This document shows positions 49,822 to 59,639 of a stretch of DNA of 64,000 nucleotides, piece after piece (position 1 is the stretch's first letter; each line of letters begins with the position of its first letter). The DNA is taken from assembly GCA_019058445.1 (NCBI GenBank), contig JAHPZA010000006.1, forward strand, positions 928,001 through 992,000, written 5' to 3'. Made by a program: the position numbers and the translations under genes. The stretch comes from Promethearchaeota archaeon. Its GTDB lineage: Archaea > Asgardarchaeota > Lokiarchaeia > Sigyniarchaeales > SOKP01. A model generated the notes under the pieces. That model worked only from the letters and a program-made list of their open reading frames with translations. It ran no database searches and was not told the DNA's origin.

Positions 49822-50415
49822 ATGAGGTTGAAGATGCCAGAAAAAAAAACAAATAAACAATCTAGTGTCATGAGTATTCGATTAGATAATGAAACATATG
49901 AGAAGTTAAAAAGAATTGCACTGGAAACCGGCATTAAAAAAAGCAAGATTTTAAAGACTTCGTTTAATAAATGGACTAATTTAAATGAAAGTCCGATGTT
50001 TCTAAATTCGATGAACGTAGGAAGTTATTTCATGAGAAATCTCTTTGGCTTAATTAGTGAAAATGAATTAAAAGATTTAGGCAATCTTCTGGGCGAGCAT
50101 TGGATTAATATCATAAAAATTCGATTAATTGATGAACAATTGAAAAAGGACATGAATTCGTTATTGTTAATCTTTACAGAAGGAATAGGTCCTAACCAAG
50201 CTAATTGGTTTGATAAGATAAGTTATCGAATACTTGATAGTGAAAATGTGATTATCTATGGGATACATTCTCTTAACAAAAATTTTTCAGTTTTCTTCAA
50301 GACACTTTTGGAATATTTAATGAAAAAACAGTTTAATTATATTTTAATTGAGCAATCTAGCAATATTTCAGATAAGACTGTAGAATTAGAATTTAAATCA
50401 TCTGATAAGACTTAG
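49822..50415 (+). CDS. ribbon-helix-helix (CopG-like) regulator with C-terminal effector-binding domain
   Basis: SVMSIRLDNETYEKLKRIALETGIKKSKIL beta-alpha-alpha pattern; C-terminal domain is V4R-like by inference. Start is probably ATG 49834. Confidence 0.7.
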   Translation: MRLKMPEKKTNKQSSVMSIRLDNETYEKLKRIALETGIKKSKILKTSFNKWTNLNESPMFLNSMNVGSYFMRNLFGLISENELKDLGNLLGEHWINIIKIRLIDEQLKKDMNSLLLIFTEGIGPNQANWFDKISYRILDSENVIIYGIHSLNKNFSVFFKTLLEYLMKKQFNYILIEQSSNISDKTVELEFKSSDKT

Positions 50416-50426
50416 GAAAGCATTAT

Positions 50427-51959
50427 TTATACTCGAGCTTCTTTATTAGGGAGGCGATCTTGGAGATTCATAAGTTCATGTAATAATTTATTTATTAATT
50501 TATTCTTCAGCGGTTGTGAATTCTCATCATACCATAAATTCTTTAATTCATGTGGATCGTTTTTTAAATCAAATAAATCTCCAGTATCTTCATGACCTTG
50601 ATAAACACTAATTCTATAATCTTCAGTTACCATTGTTCGGACTCTTAACGTAGGCAATTTATATGAATCCCTTTGTGAATCTTCATCTTCCTCGATTATA
50701 CAATTATCTCTTAGTTTTATGTCTGGATTCTTCAAAATTGGAGATAAGTCATATCCCTGCATTCCTGATGGGTGAAATTTAGGTTTTATATTCAGTATAT
50801 TTAAAATAGTCATAGGTATGTCAACTGAACTGGCTAGAGAATTAGTGGTTGTTCCCGGATTTGTAATGCCAGGTACTTTCCATATTAAGGGAACATTAAT
50901 ATATCCTTGATAATGCGCTGGACCTTGGAAGAGTAAACCATGATCGCCCATTAAATCCCCGTGATCACTAGTAAAAATGATTAGAGTGTTTTTTTCTAAG
51001 CCATGAGAATTTAAAGCCTCTAGTATCTGGCCTATACCAGAGTCTATCATTGAAATAGATCCATAAGTATAAGCGAGAAATTTTCGCAATTCCTTTTCAT
51101 TTGTTATGCGCAGCCAGTTCATCCTATAGATGTCTAAATAATCTTTCAAGACGCTATGGTTTCGGAGATTATTTATATCATTTAATGTGGGAGATATTTT
51201 AATTTCATCTGGATTATACATCATATTAAATGGTTTTGGTAAACAAACAGGATGATGGGGATCGGGAAATGAGCAAAATAGAAAAAATGGTTTATTATTG
51301 TAACTTCCCTCTGAAAATCTTTTTAGAAATGATAATGTTTTTTCAACTATGTAACTGGTTGGGTGTAAATTTTGAGGAATAGGTGAATCAGAGTACATAT
51401 GTTCCGAAAGTTTTAAAACCCTGCTTCTTATGAGCTCATAATAATCAGGCGCCTTTTCTTTTACCCAGTCTAAATAATGTCCAGCAACTGCATCTCCATG
51501 TCCTAATGTCAAATCAACTTCATCAAGACCATAATAAGACTGAGGCATAGACTTTCTTTCTTTTTTTCCTTCAAATAAATAGGGAATTATCATCTCTGCA
51601 GATTTGCTTTTTCTACTGTATGGCGAACCTTGCCAATTTAAATGGATTTTACCGGCAGAGTATGTATAATATCCAACATCATGTAAAGTATGAATGAATG
51701 TTGGAATTTCAGGATTTAAATTGATACCATTACATCTGACACCATGAATGCTTGGATATTTCCCAGTAAAGATCGAAGACCTATTTGGCATGCAGAATGG
51801 ATTGGTACAATACGTATTTGTAAATCGAATTCCTTTAGAGGCAAGTTGATCTAAATTTGGAGTTTTTAGATCAGGATTACCATAACAGCTTAGATGATCT
51901 GCTCGTTGACCATCAGTTATTATGAATAAAACATTCATTTTTTCGTTCAAAAGGCTCAC
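50427..51959 (-). CDS. sulfatase superfamily hydrolase (Cys-type, CMPNR)
   Basis: TDGQR, CMPNRSSIFTG, DPHHP, TSDHG; close paralog of 38834. Confidence 0.9.
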   Translation of the reverse strand: MSLLNEKMNVLFIITDGQRADHLSCYGNPDLKTPNLDQLASKGIRFTNTYCTNPFCMPNRSSIFTGKYPSIHGVRCNGINLNPEIPTFIHTLHDVGYYTYSAGKIHLNWQGSPYSRKSKSAEMIIPYLFEGKKERKSMPQSYYGLDEVDLTLGHGDAVAGHYLDWVKEKAPDYYELIRSRVLKLSEHMYSDSPIPQNLHPTSYIVEKTLSFLKRFSEGSYNNKPFFLFCSFPDPHHPVCLPKPFNMMYNPDEIKISPTLNDINNLRNHSVLKDYLDIYRMNWLRITNEKELRKFLAYTYGSISMIDSGIGQILEALNSHGLEKNTLIIFTSDHGDLMGDHGLLFQGPAHYQGYINVPLIWKVPGITNPGTTTNSLASSVDIPMTILNILNIKPKFHPSGMQGYDLSPILKNPDIKLRDNCIIEEDEDSQRDSYKLPTLRVRTMVTEDYRISVYQGHEDTGDLFDLKNDPHELKNLWYDENSQPLKNKLINKLLHELMNLQDRLPNKEARV

Positions 51960-52183
51960 TCCTCTGTTGATAATTATCCTTAAAATTGACTATTTTTTAA
52001 TCTTTCGCTATAAAAATATAATAGTTTTATAGTAGTTTTTTAAGTCAATAGCTTAGATTCAATGCAGTTTATACAATTTTTTTTCCTTTGAATACAATGA
52101 TGCTATAATTATAAGAAAAAACTACAGAACTTAAATAAAATAGAGAGAGAACAAAGAAAAAATTTTCTCTAAAATGTTTTTTA

Positions 52184-53647
52184 TTAGCACTTGGTAAGTT
52201 TTGTAGTAACAGGAGTACACCCCAATAAGTCCTTGAATTCTCTCATAAAATCCATATCAATTGGTTCTTGCGCATCTTCCCAGGAAAGCTTTAATAATTC
52301 TTTTGCTTTTTCGGGAGCTTCGGAAATGATATTATTACATAATGCGGGATCTTTATTGACATCAAATAAACTTCCCTCTTCTATATCCCATACATACCCG
52401 TTATACCAAAAATCTCCGTCGTATACCACTACGGAGCCACCCCAAGCTGTGGTTATATGATCATAATACGTCAATCCATCATCTTGAATCAATTTCAATA
52501 AATCCTTACCATCCATATCCTTTGAAGAAATACGACAAGCTTCAGCGATTGTAGGGGCAATATCGAAATGATAGCAGAACTTATCACAAGTTTTTCCACT
52601 ACCTTCACCCTCTGGAAATCGAATCATAGCGACAAGATCGTTCACCTCGCGTCTCAGTGGATTGGCAGCTTTTGCTATAAGTCCATGTTCTCCTAACATA
52701 TGACCGTGATCAGATACTACTACAATAATTGAATCATCCCAAATACCGATCCTTTTAATATATTCGATGAAATAACCAAACCAAGTGTCTACCAGTGATA
52801 CCTCTGCTGCATATCTCGTCTTTAAATTTTTAAGTTCTTTCTCGGTAAGCATACTTGCAGGTCCATAGAGAGAATGTGAAACTTTTCGACAACCTTTTTC
52901 CCAATCCGGATCTTTTTCGTATAACCGAATGTAATGAAGGGGTGGATTCCAAGGTTCATGAGGATCGAACGACTCGACGGTTATAAATCCTTTTCCGTTT
53001 ATTAACACCTCATAATTCATATCCAACCATTCTCCAGCTGAGCGAAATACTTGGGCTGGAAATGTATCGGCTTCGGAGCGCCACCATCTTGTATTTTGAA
53101 GGAATTTACGCATCATATGCTGTGCAAACACAGTCCCTGCAGATACTCCATCCTTTTTTGAAGTGAGATATTCATTTAGAAACTTATCAGAGATCCGTGG
53201 TCCAGAAAGAAAAGAATCTTCTTCTTGTCCACGAATCCATTGCCATTGATCAAATCCGCGTTGGAAATTATATCCTGGTTTAAATTGGTGATATACATCC
53301 GAAAATAAAGCAGAAGTATATTTCTTTCGATGAAATCGCTCTGCAAGAGTTAGTTGAGAATCTGAAATGTTGCTCCATCCTGGAGCACCGAGAGCATCGG
53401 CTATGAAGTCTCCCCTTCCCGATTTTGTTATTCCACGATTATCATCATTAAATGGGAAAACACGTTTACCAGTATAAATAGCTTTTCGAACTGGAAGAGT
53501 TGGTAATGAATCAGGATACATTCGTGTAAATTTCACGGACTCTTTTGCAAAGTTGTCTAAATGTGGCGTTTTTATCCACGTATTTCCGTAGCATCCAACA
53601 TGATCCTGTCGTAATGTATCAAGTACAATTAATATCGCATTTACCAT
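52184..53647 (-). CDS. sulfatase/alkaline phosphatase superfamily hydrolase with Thr at the nucleophile position (TLPVR)
   Basis: LDTLR, TPHLD.FA, SLPTLPVRKAIYTG, DPHEPW, SDHG. Confidence 0.82.
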   Translation of the reverse strand: MVNAILIVLDTLRQDHVGCYGNTWIKTPHLDNFAKESVKFTRMYPDSLPTLPVRKAIYTGKRVFPFNDDNRGITKSGRGDFIADALGAPGWSNISDSQLTLAERFHRKKYTSALFSDVYHQFKPGYNFQRGFDQWQWIRGQEEDSFLSGPRISDKFLNEYLTSKKDGVSAGTVFAQHMMRKFLQNTRWWRSEADTFPAQVFRSAGEWLDMNYEVLINGKGFITVESFDPHEPWNPPLHYIRLYEKDPDWEKGCRKVSHSLYGPASMLTEKELKNLKTRYAAEVSLVDTWFGYFIEYIKRIGIWDDSIIVVVSDHGHMLGEHGLIAKAANPLRREVNDLVAMIRFPEGEGSGKTCDKFCYHFDIAPTIAEACRISSKDMDGKDLLKLIQDDGLTYYDHITTAWGGSVVVYDGDFWYNGYVWDIEEGSLFDVNKDPALCNNIISEAPEKAKELLKLSWEDAQEPIDMDFMREFKDLLGCTPVTTKLTKC

Positions 53648-53824
53648 GAAAATTCACCGGGATTAATTCTTTTTTTAAAATATTTTATCATAAAAATGCA
53701 CCTTTTTTTTTACTTAACTAAAGCTTTTCCCCTAAAATGCTATAGTTTTATTCTGATTAGGTAAAACTTAGATGTAAAATAAAATTTATTCTTATCAAAA
53801 TGAGTCATTTTTAAAGGGGATATT

Positions 53825-54280
53825 ATGGAAGAAAAAAATCTTGAAAAATTACCGAACAATCAGATAGAAGCTCAAGGCATGTTAATTAAAGCATTTTATG
53901 AAAAGTTCGGAAAAGAAGCTTTACCTATAATTAAAGAGATCTTAGGGAAGCAGGGTCGTGCTTTAGGTTTAAAAATTAAGAATAAATTACCAGATAATAA
54001 ATTATCTACTGTCGCAAGGGCATTTTCTAAAAGTTATGATCCAAACCTAGTGAAAGTGATAACTATTGCTGATGATATTTTCCAGATTCAAGGAACTCAA
54101 TGTCCTTTTGGTTTAGAGAATACAGCAAGAGAATTATGTGAAGCAGTTATGGAAATTGATCATGAGTATTTTCGTACTGCAGTAAGTGATAAAATAACCC
54201 TAAATATAATTCAGACCGTTGCTGAAGGAGATGATTGCTGTGATACGGTCTATGAATTGAAAAAAAGATCAGAAAAATAA
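53825..54280 (+). CDS. L-2-amino-thiazoline-4-carboxylate hydrolase / V4R-like protein
   Basis: G...G, QCPF, LC...D, TVAEGDDCC pattern. Confidence 0.65.
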   Translation: MEEKNLEKLPNNQIEAQGMLIKAFYEKFGKEALPIIKEILGKQGRALGLKIKNKLPDNKLSTVARAFSKSYDPNLVKVITIADDIFQIQGTQCPFGLENTARELCEAVMEIDHEYFRTAVSDKITLNIIQTVAEGDDCCDTVYELKKRSEK

Positions 54281-55015
54281 GATTTCATAAAAGTCTCTCA
54301 TTTTTCTAAGGTTAATTTGTCCAGGAGCAGTTTTATCTTCAAAAGATGCGTATGTTAAGAATGAACCAACTTTCACACACATCAATCTAGATAAAATCCC
54401 GGAATCACCCATACAAAAACTGATTATTTTATGACCCTCTTTTGAAAAAGATTTGCATAAATCAAGTGATATCAAATTATCTTCAAAAAATTTAGCGGTA
54501 AATATAGCTTTATATATACTTTGTCTCACTATTTTTGATTCAACAATTAGCTTACTTATTAATTTATTCATAAAAGAGTCTATAATTGCAAATCCTTCTT
54601 GATAATTGGGGGTTTTTTCATAATCGTGGTAAGAAAATATCAAATTTACATTATTTTGAACAGCTAAAAATATAGTCTCCTCTAAAATTAAATTCGCAGA
54701 ATTCATTTCGATATCAAGATAATCCGGTTGAGCTGAAATTAAGGTTTTCAGGATGCTTAAACGGTCTTCATCATTAATGTTGATTTGACCCCCCTCTGAA
54801 TAATCTCTAAAAGTGAAAATGACGGGGATATTCGGTTGGAAAAGTTTTAATAATTTTTTGCTGAATTCTTTTGTGATTGATTGAATACGATCGATATAGT
54901 CAAATCGAAATTCAACAAAATTAGGATTCTCTTTTAAAATGATCTTTATAACGGTTTCATTTTGTGTAAAATCACCAGATTGAATTGGAACTGCCACACA
55001 AATATTAAATTTCAT
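54269..55015 (-). CDS. aroD: type I 3-dehydroquinate dehydratase
   Basis: VEFRFD, IFTFR..EGG, DIE, SYHD..KTP, MG..G..SR, TAPGQI. Confidence 0.9.
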   Translation of the reverse strand: MKFNICVAVPIQSGDFTQNETVIKIILKENPNFVEFRFDYIDRIQSITKEFSKKLLKLFQPNIPVIFTFRDYSEGGQININDEDRLSILKTLISAQPDYLDIEMNSANLILEETIFLAVQNNVNLIFSYHDYEKTPNYQEGFAIIDSFMNKLISKLIVESKIVRQSIYKAIFTAKFFEDNLISLDLCKSFSKEGHKIISFCMGDSGILSRLMCVKVGSFLTYASFEDKTAPGQINLRKMRDFYEILFF

Positions 55016-55098
55016 TAAAAATCAAAATTAAAAGTTGATAATAGAGCTTAAAAATAACTATTTTTAGCAATATAAAAAATTTTGCTAAGAGTATTTAT

Positions 55099-56622
55099 TT
55101 ATAAGATTCCATCCCAAGCAGATCGCTCGTCATCTAAAGGTCCATTGACCACTTTAATCTCTTTGCCGAATAGCATTGTTGATCTCTTCTCAAGACTATA
55201 AGAGGGCCACTCAGGGATGCTTTTGTGGTTTGGATTTCCTGTGCGGGCAAAAAAAGTCCATGAATCCATCATTTTAGTGCTTATTGCTTCAGTCTCTTCA
55301 CTTTTACTTGGAAAAATACCTATAGCTTTTTCACTTAGCAATCCAAAAACAAAAGGTAACTCGATGGCATGGATTGCTCCTTGTATTCCCCCTGGCATTT
55401 TTAGCTTCCAGTTAAATAAATACATATAAGTATTCGGTTGGAGGTCGCTTTGTACTTCCGCTAAACGTATTGAAGGAATACGGAACGCAAAATCAGTCAG
55501 ATACGCATCGACAATATCTTGAGGCTCTATTGGTTCCTTACCTTTTCTTGCTTGCTGATAAGTTTTAATCATTTGCTCTGCTTTATCCTCATCTTGACCA
55601 AGAGCCTTCATTAAATTAATTGTACTCTTAAGTAATTTACTTTCATCAACTTTAGGTGCGTTAGGATTCAATGCGGTCCAAAGTTTTATCTCATCTTGAT
55701 TCGTTCCTATAAGAAGCTCAATCTCCTTAGCAGAACCATTACGCATGGCCGTAAGAGGATGTTCTGGCAAGGTTTTTTCATCAATAACAGGCCCTACCGT
55801 CGGAGCATCCGATGCAAAGGTTGAACCACTTTGGATCGCTTTATTAGTTGGATCGGCTTTAATAAGTTCATCAATAGTAACCTTACGGAGTGCATCAATA
55901 TCACCCTCCTTAATCTTTAGTTTAGATTGTACCTGATCAGAAGCTTCTTTACGTCTTAAATTGTGATAAAACATAGGATGGCACGCACCACTTTGGGCTA
56001 TAACGCGATGAAAAAGTCCTTTCGCAGAAGGCATAGCCATTAGGGTACAAACGGAAACACTACCCGCAGATTCGCCAAAAATTGTGACATTCTTAGGATC
56101 ACCCCCAAAAGCTTCAATGTTCTCTTTAACCCATTTAAGAGCCGCTATTTGATCGAGCAACCCTACATTAGCCGTTTTGCCCGGTATATAAAAAAATCCC
56201 AGAACTCCTAAACGATAATTTAATGATACGATCACCACATTTCCTCTGAGTGCTAAACGCGCACCATCCAGATCAGCACCACTTCCTGTCACAAACGCGC
56301 CACCATGTACCCATACCATCACTGGGAGGTTTTTTTGATCTGTCTCGGGACTCCAAACATTTACAGTTAAGCAATCAGCCTCACTTTGTTTAGCTTTCCC
56401 TCCAAACATTGCCAAAAGAACAGAGGGAGGTTGAGGGGCAATAGGACCGAATTCTGTGGCATCTAGTACCTCATCCCATGGCTGTCTAGGTGCGGGCGGA
56501 CTAAAACGAAGCTCTCCGACAGGCGAAGCAGCATAGGGTATCCCCTTAAATTTAAAGACCCCTCTCGCCCTATAACCCCGAACTTTACCTAAATTTGTGT
56601 CAACTATAATATTCTTTTCCAT
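55099..56622 (-). CDS. type-B carboxylesterase/lipase (PnbA-like)
   Basis: GIPYA..P.G.LRF, EADCL.VNVW, HGG, GESAG nucleophile elbow, HAIELPFVFG. Confidence 0.9.
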   Translation of the reverse strand: MEKNIIVDTNLGKVRGYRARGVFKFKGIPYAASPVGELRFSPPAPRQPWDEVLDATEFGPIAPQPPSVLLAMFGGKAKQSEADCLTVNVWSPETDQKNLPVMVWVHGGAFVTGSGADLDGARLALRGNVVIVSLNYRLGVLGFFYIPGKTANVGLLDQIAALKWVKENIEAFGGDPKNVTIFGESAGSVSVCTLMAMPSAKGLFHRVIAQSGACHPMFYHNLRRKEASDQVQSKLKIKEGDIDALRKVTIDELIKADPTNKAIQSGSTFASDAPTVGPVIDEKTLPEHPLTAMRNGSAKEIELLIGTNQDEIKLWTALNPNAPKVDESKLLKSTINLMKALGQDEDKAEQMIKTYQQARKGKEPIEPQDIVDAYLTDFAFRIPSIRLAEVQSDLQPNTYMYLFNWKLKMPGGIQGAIHAIELPFVFGLLSEKAIGIFPSKSEETEAISTKMMDSWTFFARTGNPNHKSIPEWPSYSLEKRSTMLFGKEIKVVNGPLDDERSAWDGIL

Positions 56623-56822
56623 AAAGATATCAACTTATCTTACTTCTTAGTTCTTAATTCTCACTCTTATTATTTAAAAATTTTGCTATAAAAGGAAGTC
56701 ACAATATTTTTTTTTTCAAAAGATTAATTTTCATATAATTAGCTAATATATTTAAACTAAAAATTTATGGTTAAGTTAGGTTTAGCCTAGATGAAAAAAG
56801 TTGAGAGGAGTCAGCAGTTAAA

Positions 56823-57575
56823 ATGGTTTCATTAATCAAACTTATTCAAACAGGAAAACTCCCTCTAAATCAGTTCATGGATTTAGAAACTGTTAATTGG
56901 ATAAAAGATCATAGACCCTCATTTAATTTCAGCCCTCCTCCAATTGATTTTGAACCTAACCTTGACGAGTATCTGATGGAGTTAAAGAATTATATCCCTG
57001 ATCCTAATTGGTTTTTAGTTTCAAAAAAAAGGGATTCAATCCATGGTATGAGACACATATTAAGAGTGGTCTTTCATTCAATAATACTTACCTTGCTGAG
57101 TGAGGATAAAACTTCCCGGTTTTTTAAAAATTGTTTGGTTGCCTCTTCTTTACATGATTTAAGACGTAAAAATGACTTAATGGATTTATTTCACGGAAAA
57201 AGAGCAGCAAGGTGGTTTAAAAAAAACATTTTTCTCATAGAAAAGCAATTTGAAATTCATTTATCCGAAGACGATATTAAAGCTATTTATTATTCGATGT
57301 CATTTCATGATTTACCCTATGAAAAAATAGTAAAGCACATAAAATATGAAAAATATAAAGACCTAACGGATATTCTTAAAACCGCAGATGCTTTGGACAG
57401 ATATAGATTGCCGAGTGTTCGATTGTGGTTTAAAGACAGTTATGTTTATGTGATCCCCTCTGACTATTTAAAGTGTATGGCATTTCAATTAGTAATTACC
57501 AGTGAGACCAAATTTTTGAACGGTGTTACGAATGTCAATAGTGTAATAAATGCCATTGAAGAATTTTTTAAATAG
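56823..57575 (+). CDS. HD-domain protein
   Basis: HGMRH..RV, LHDLRR, HG..AA, FHD, ADALDR. Confidence 0.7.
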   Translation: MVSLIKLIQTGKLPLNQFMDLETVNWIKDHRPSFNFSPPPIDFEPNLDEYLMELKNYIPDPNWFLVSKKRDSIHGMRHILRVVFHSIILTLLSEDKTSRFFKNCLVASSLHDLRRKNDLMDLFHGKRAARWFKKNIFLIEKQFEIHLSEDDIKAIYYSMSFHDLPYEKIVKHIKYEKYKDLTDILKTADALDRYRLPSVRLWFKDSYVYVIPSDYLKCMAFQLVITSETKFLNGVTNVNSVINAIEEFFK

Positions 57576-57651
57576 GTCAATAACATTCGGTTATTTTGAT
57601 TGCAAATTTAAAATAAGAATAGAGAAAACAGCTATCTAATATTGTATTTTT

Positions 57652-59490
57652 TTAGAATTTATATTGCCCACTAATTATATTGTCGCTTATATCATTTGTC
57701 AATGGGATATATTCTGATTTACCTGGCAACAAAACGTATAAAGGATCATCAATTTTCTTAAGATCAAAAGCTTCGTTCTTCAACTTCATTTTTTTAAATT
57801 TAAAAGTTGCTGTAACTGAAAGTTTTGATTTAAACCTGAGGAAAATTGGGATCGCATAAGCGGGAAGATTTTGTCTAAATATCTTCATAAACTCTTTTAA
57901 ATTAAAATCTTCGAGAGATGTGTTCGGTACTATTGCGGCCATTCCAGCTCGGCCATCAGTAGCTGGTATATGAACACCATAGACGGTTGAAAATAACACT
58001 TGTTCGAAGCTGTTAATTACTTTTTCTATTTCGATAGTGGACACATTATTCCCTTTCCATCGATATGTATCTCCCAGACGATCAACAAACTGAGCGTGAT
58101 TGTTTCCTAAATCTCTAATCAAATCTCCAGTATTAAACCATTCGTCTCCTTCATTAAAGACATCATGAAATAACTTAGCATCAGTAGCTTCTTTATCTGT
58201 ATATCCCCTAAAAGTTGACACTCCCGTATTTTCAAATAGTAATAATCCGGATTCACCAACATTAACCCTCTCCATAAATCCTGCTTCATTTCTGAAGGGT
58301 TTTTCTTCATCATAGTCATATTTCACTATGGCAAATGAAGTTATACAACACCCGATCGTACAATCAAAATTTAAAATATTCCCAAACGCTCCAACAGCCT
58401 CGCTTGCTGAGTAATATTCTCCGATTTTTTCAATGTTAAATCGATCTTTAAAGTCTTTCCATATCTCATTGCGGAGTCCTGGTCCAATAACTACTCTTAC
58501 AGAATTATCTGAGTCCTTATCTCTGGGAGGCTGATTCATGAGATATCGGCACACTTCTCCGATGTAATTAAAAGCAGTAGCTTTATATTTTTGTATCTCA
58601 TCCCAGAAATTGCTCACACTAAATTTACGACCAATAGCAATTGTCGCGCCACTCCCTAAAGCGGCAGCACATCCTGCTCCAATCGCATTAGCATGAAATA
58701 ATGGTAATGAAATATACATAATATCCTCAGGTGTTAAGTCTCCAAGACCTCTTCCATAAAAATAATAACTGCTTATTAGCGTATAATGACGCATTATTGT
58801 AGCTTTGGGAAATCCCGTAGTACCTGAGGTAAATAAGTAAGCAATATCATCAGTCGTCTTAACTAAAGATGTGGTTGATGGATTGTTTTTAGGAAAATCT
58901 TTAACAGCTAACGAAAGATCGATATATCCTTCTGGAAGAGAGAGGATGCCTTGATCAGGTAAAAAAAAAAGGGTTTGATCATTTGAAAGGTCTAGGTCTG
59001 ATATTACAGCATTGAAATTATTAAAACAATTTTCATCTATGATGATAAATTTTCTGGGAGTAAGTTTTAGACAATGCACTAGGGACATTTCGCGTAGATC
59101 AATATTGATCAATGAACCTATTGCTCCAATTTTACCAAGAGCATAAAGAATCATTACATATTCAGGTCGATTAGTCATCATTATTTGTACCACATCCCCT
59201 TTATTCAACCCTAAAGAAATAAAATAATGTGCATATCGGTTAATCCATTCATTAAATTCTTTAAAGTTTAATGTTGTATCTTCAAATTTTATAGCAATAT
59301 TGTCAGCATACTTTCCTGCATTTCTTTCTATAATAGTTCCCCAAGAAACTTTATTTTCTGAAGGGATATTCATGAATTCTTGGAATTCATCACTATGCTT
59401 GCCAACCCAGCTACGATAACGTTTCCTATATTCTCTTTTATCAATCAGATCCATATCTTTTGGTTCAGCTATTTCTCCCATCCTTAACAC
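57652..59490 (-). CDS. long-chain acyl-CoA synthetase, FATP/SLC27-FadD6 type
   Basis: YLFTSGTTGFPKA, YIGEVCRYL, FVDRLGDTYRWKG.NVST.E FATP signature. Confidence 0.9.
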   Translation of the reverse strand: MLRMGEIAEPKDMDLIDKREYRKRYRSWVGKHSDEFQEFMNIPSENKVSWGTIIERNAGKYADNIAIKFEDTTLNFKEFNEWINRYAHYFISLGLNKGDVVQIMMTNRPEYVMILYALGKIGAIGSLINIDLREMSLVHCLKLTPRKFIIIDENCFNNFNAVISDLDLSNDQTLFFLPDQGILSLPEGYIDLSLAVKDFPKNNPSTTSLVKTTDDIAYLFTSGTTGFPKATIMRHYTLISSYYFYGRGLGDLTPEDIMYISLPLFHANAIGAGCAAALGSGATIAIGRKFSVSNFWDEIQKYKATAFNYIGEVCRYLMNQPPRDKDSDNSVRVVIGPGLRNEIWKDFKDRFNIEKIGEYYSASEAVGAFGNILNFDCTIGCCITSFAIVKYDYDEEKPFRNEAGFMERVNVGESGLLLFENTGVSTFRGYTDKEATDAKLFHDVFNEGDEWFNTGDLIRDLGNNHAQFVDRLGDTYRWKGNNVSTIEIEKVINSFEQVLFSTVYGVHIPATDGRAGMAAIVPNTSLEDFNLKEFMKIFRQNLPAYAIPIFLRFKSKLSVTATFKFKKMKLKNEAFDLKKIDDPLYVLLPGKSEYIPLTNDISDNIISGQYKF

Positions 59491-59639
59491 CTCTTTTTTT
59501 TAATATAAACTATAATCTTTCTAAATTTATATCTTATATAAATGCAAATTTGTTATGCATCCAATTTTAGGTATTTGCAAGTTAAGAAAAAAAAAAGAGA
59601 AATAAAAAATATAAACTTATAGCAACTTATTTCATAGAT

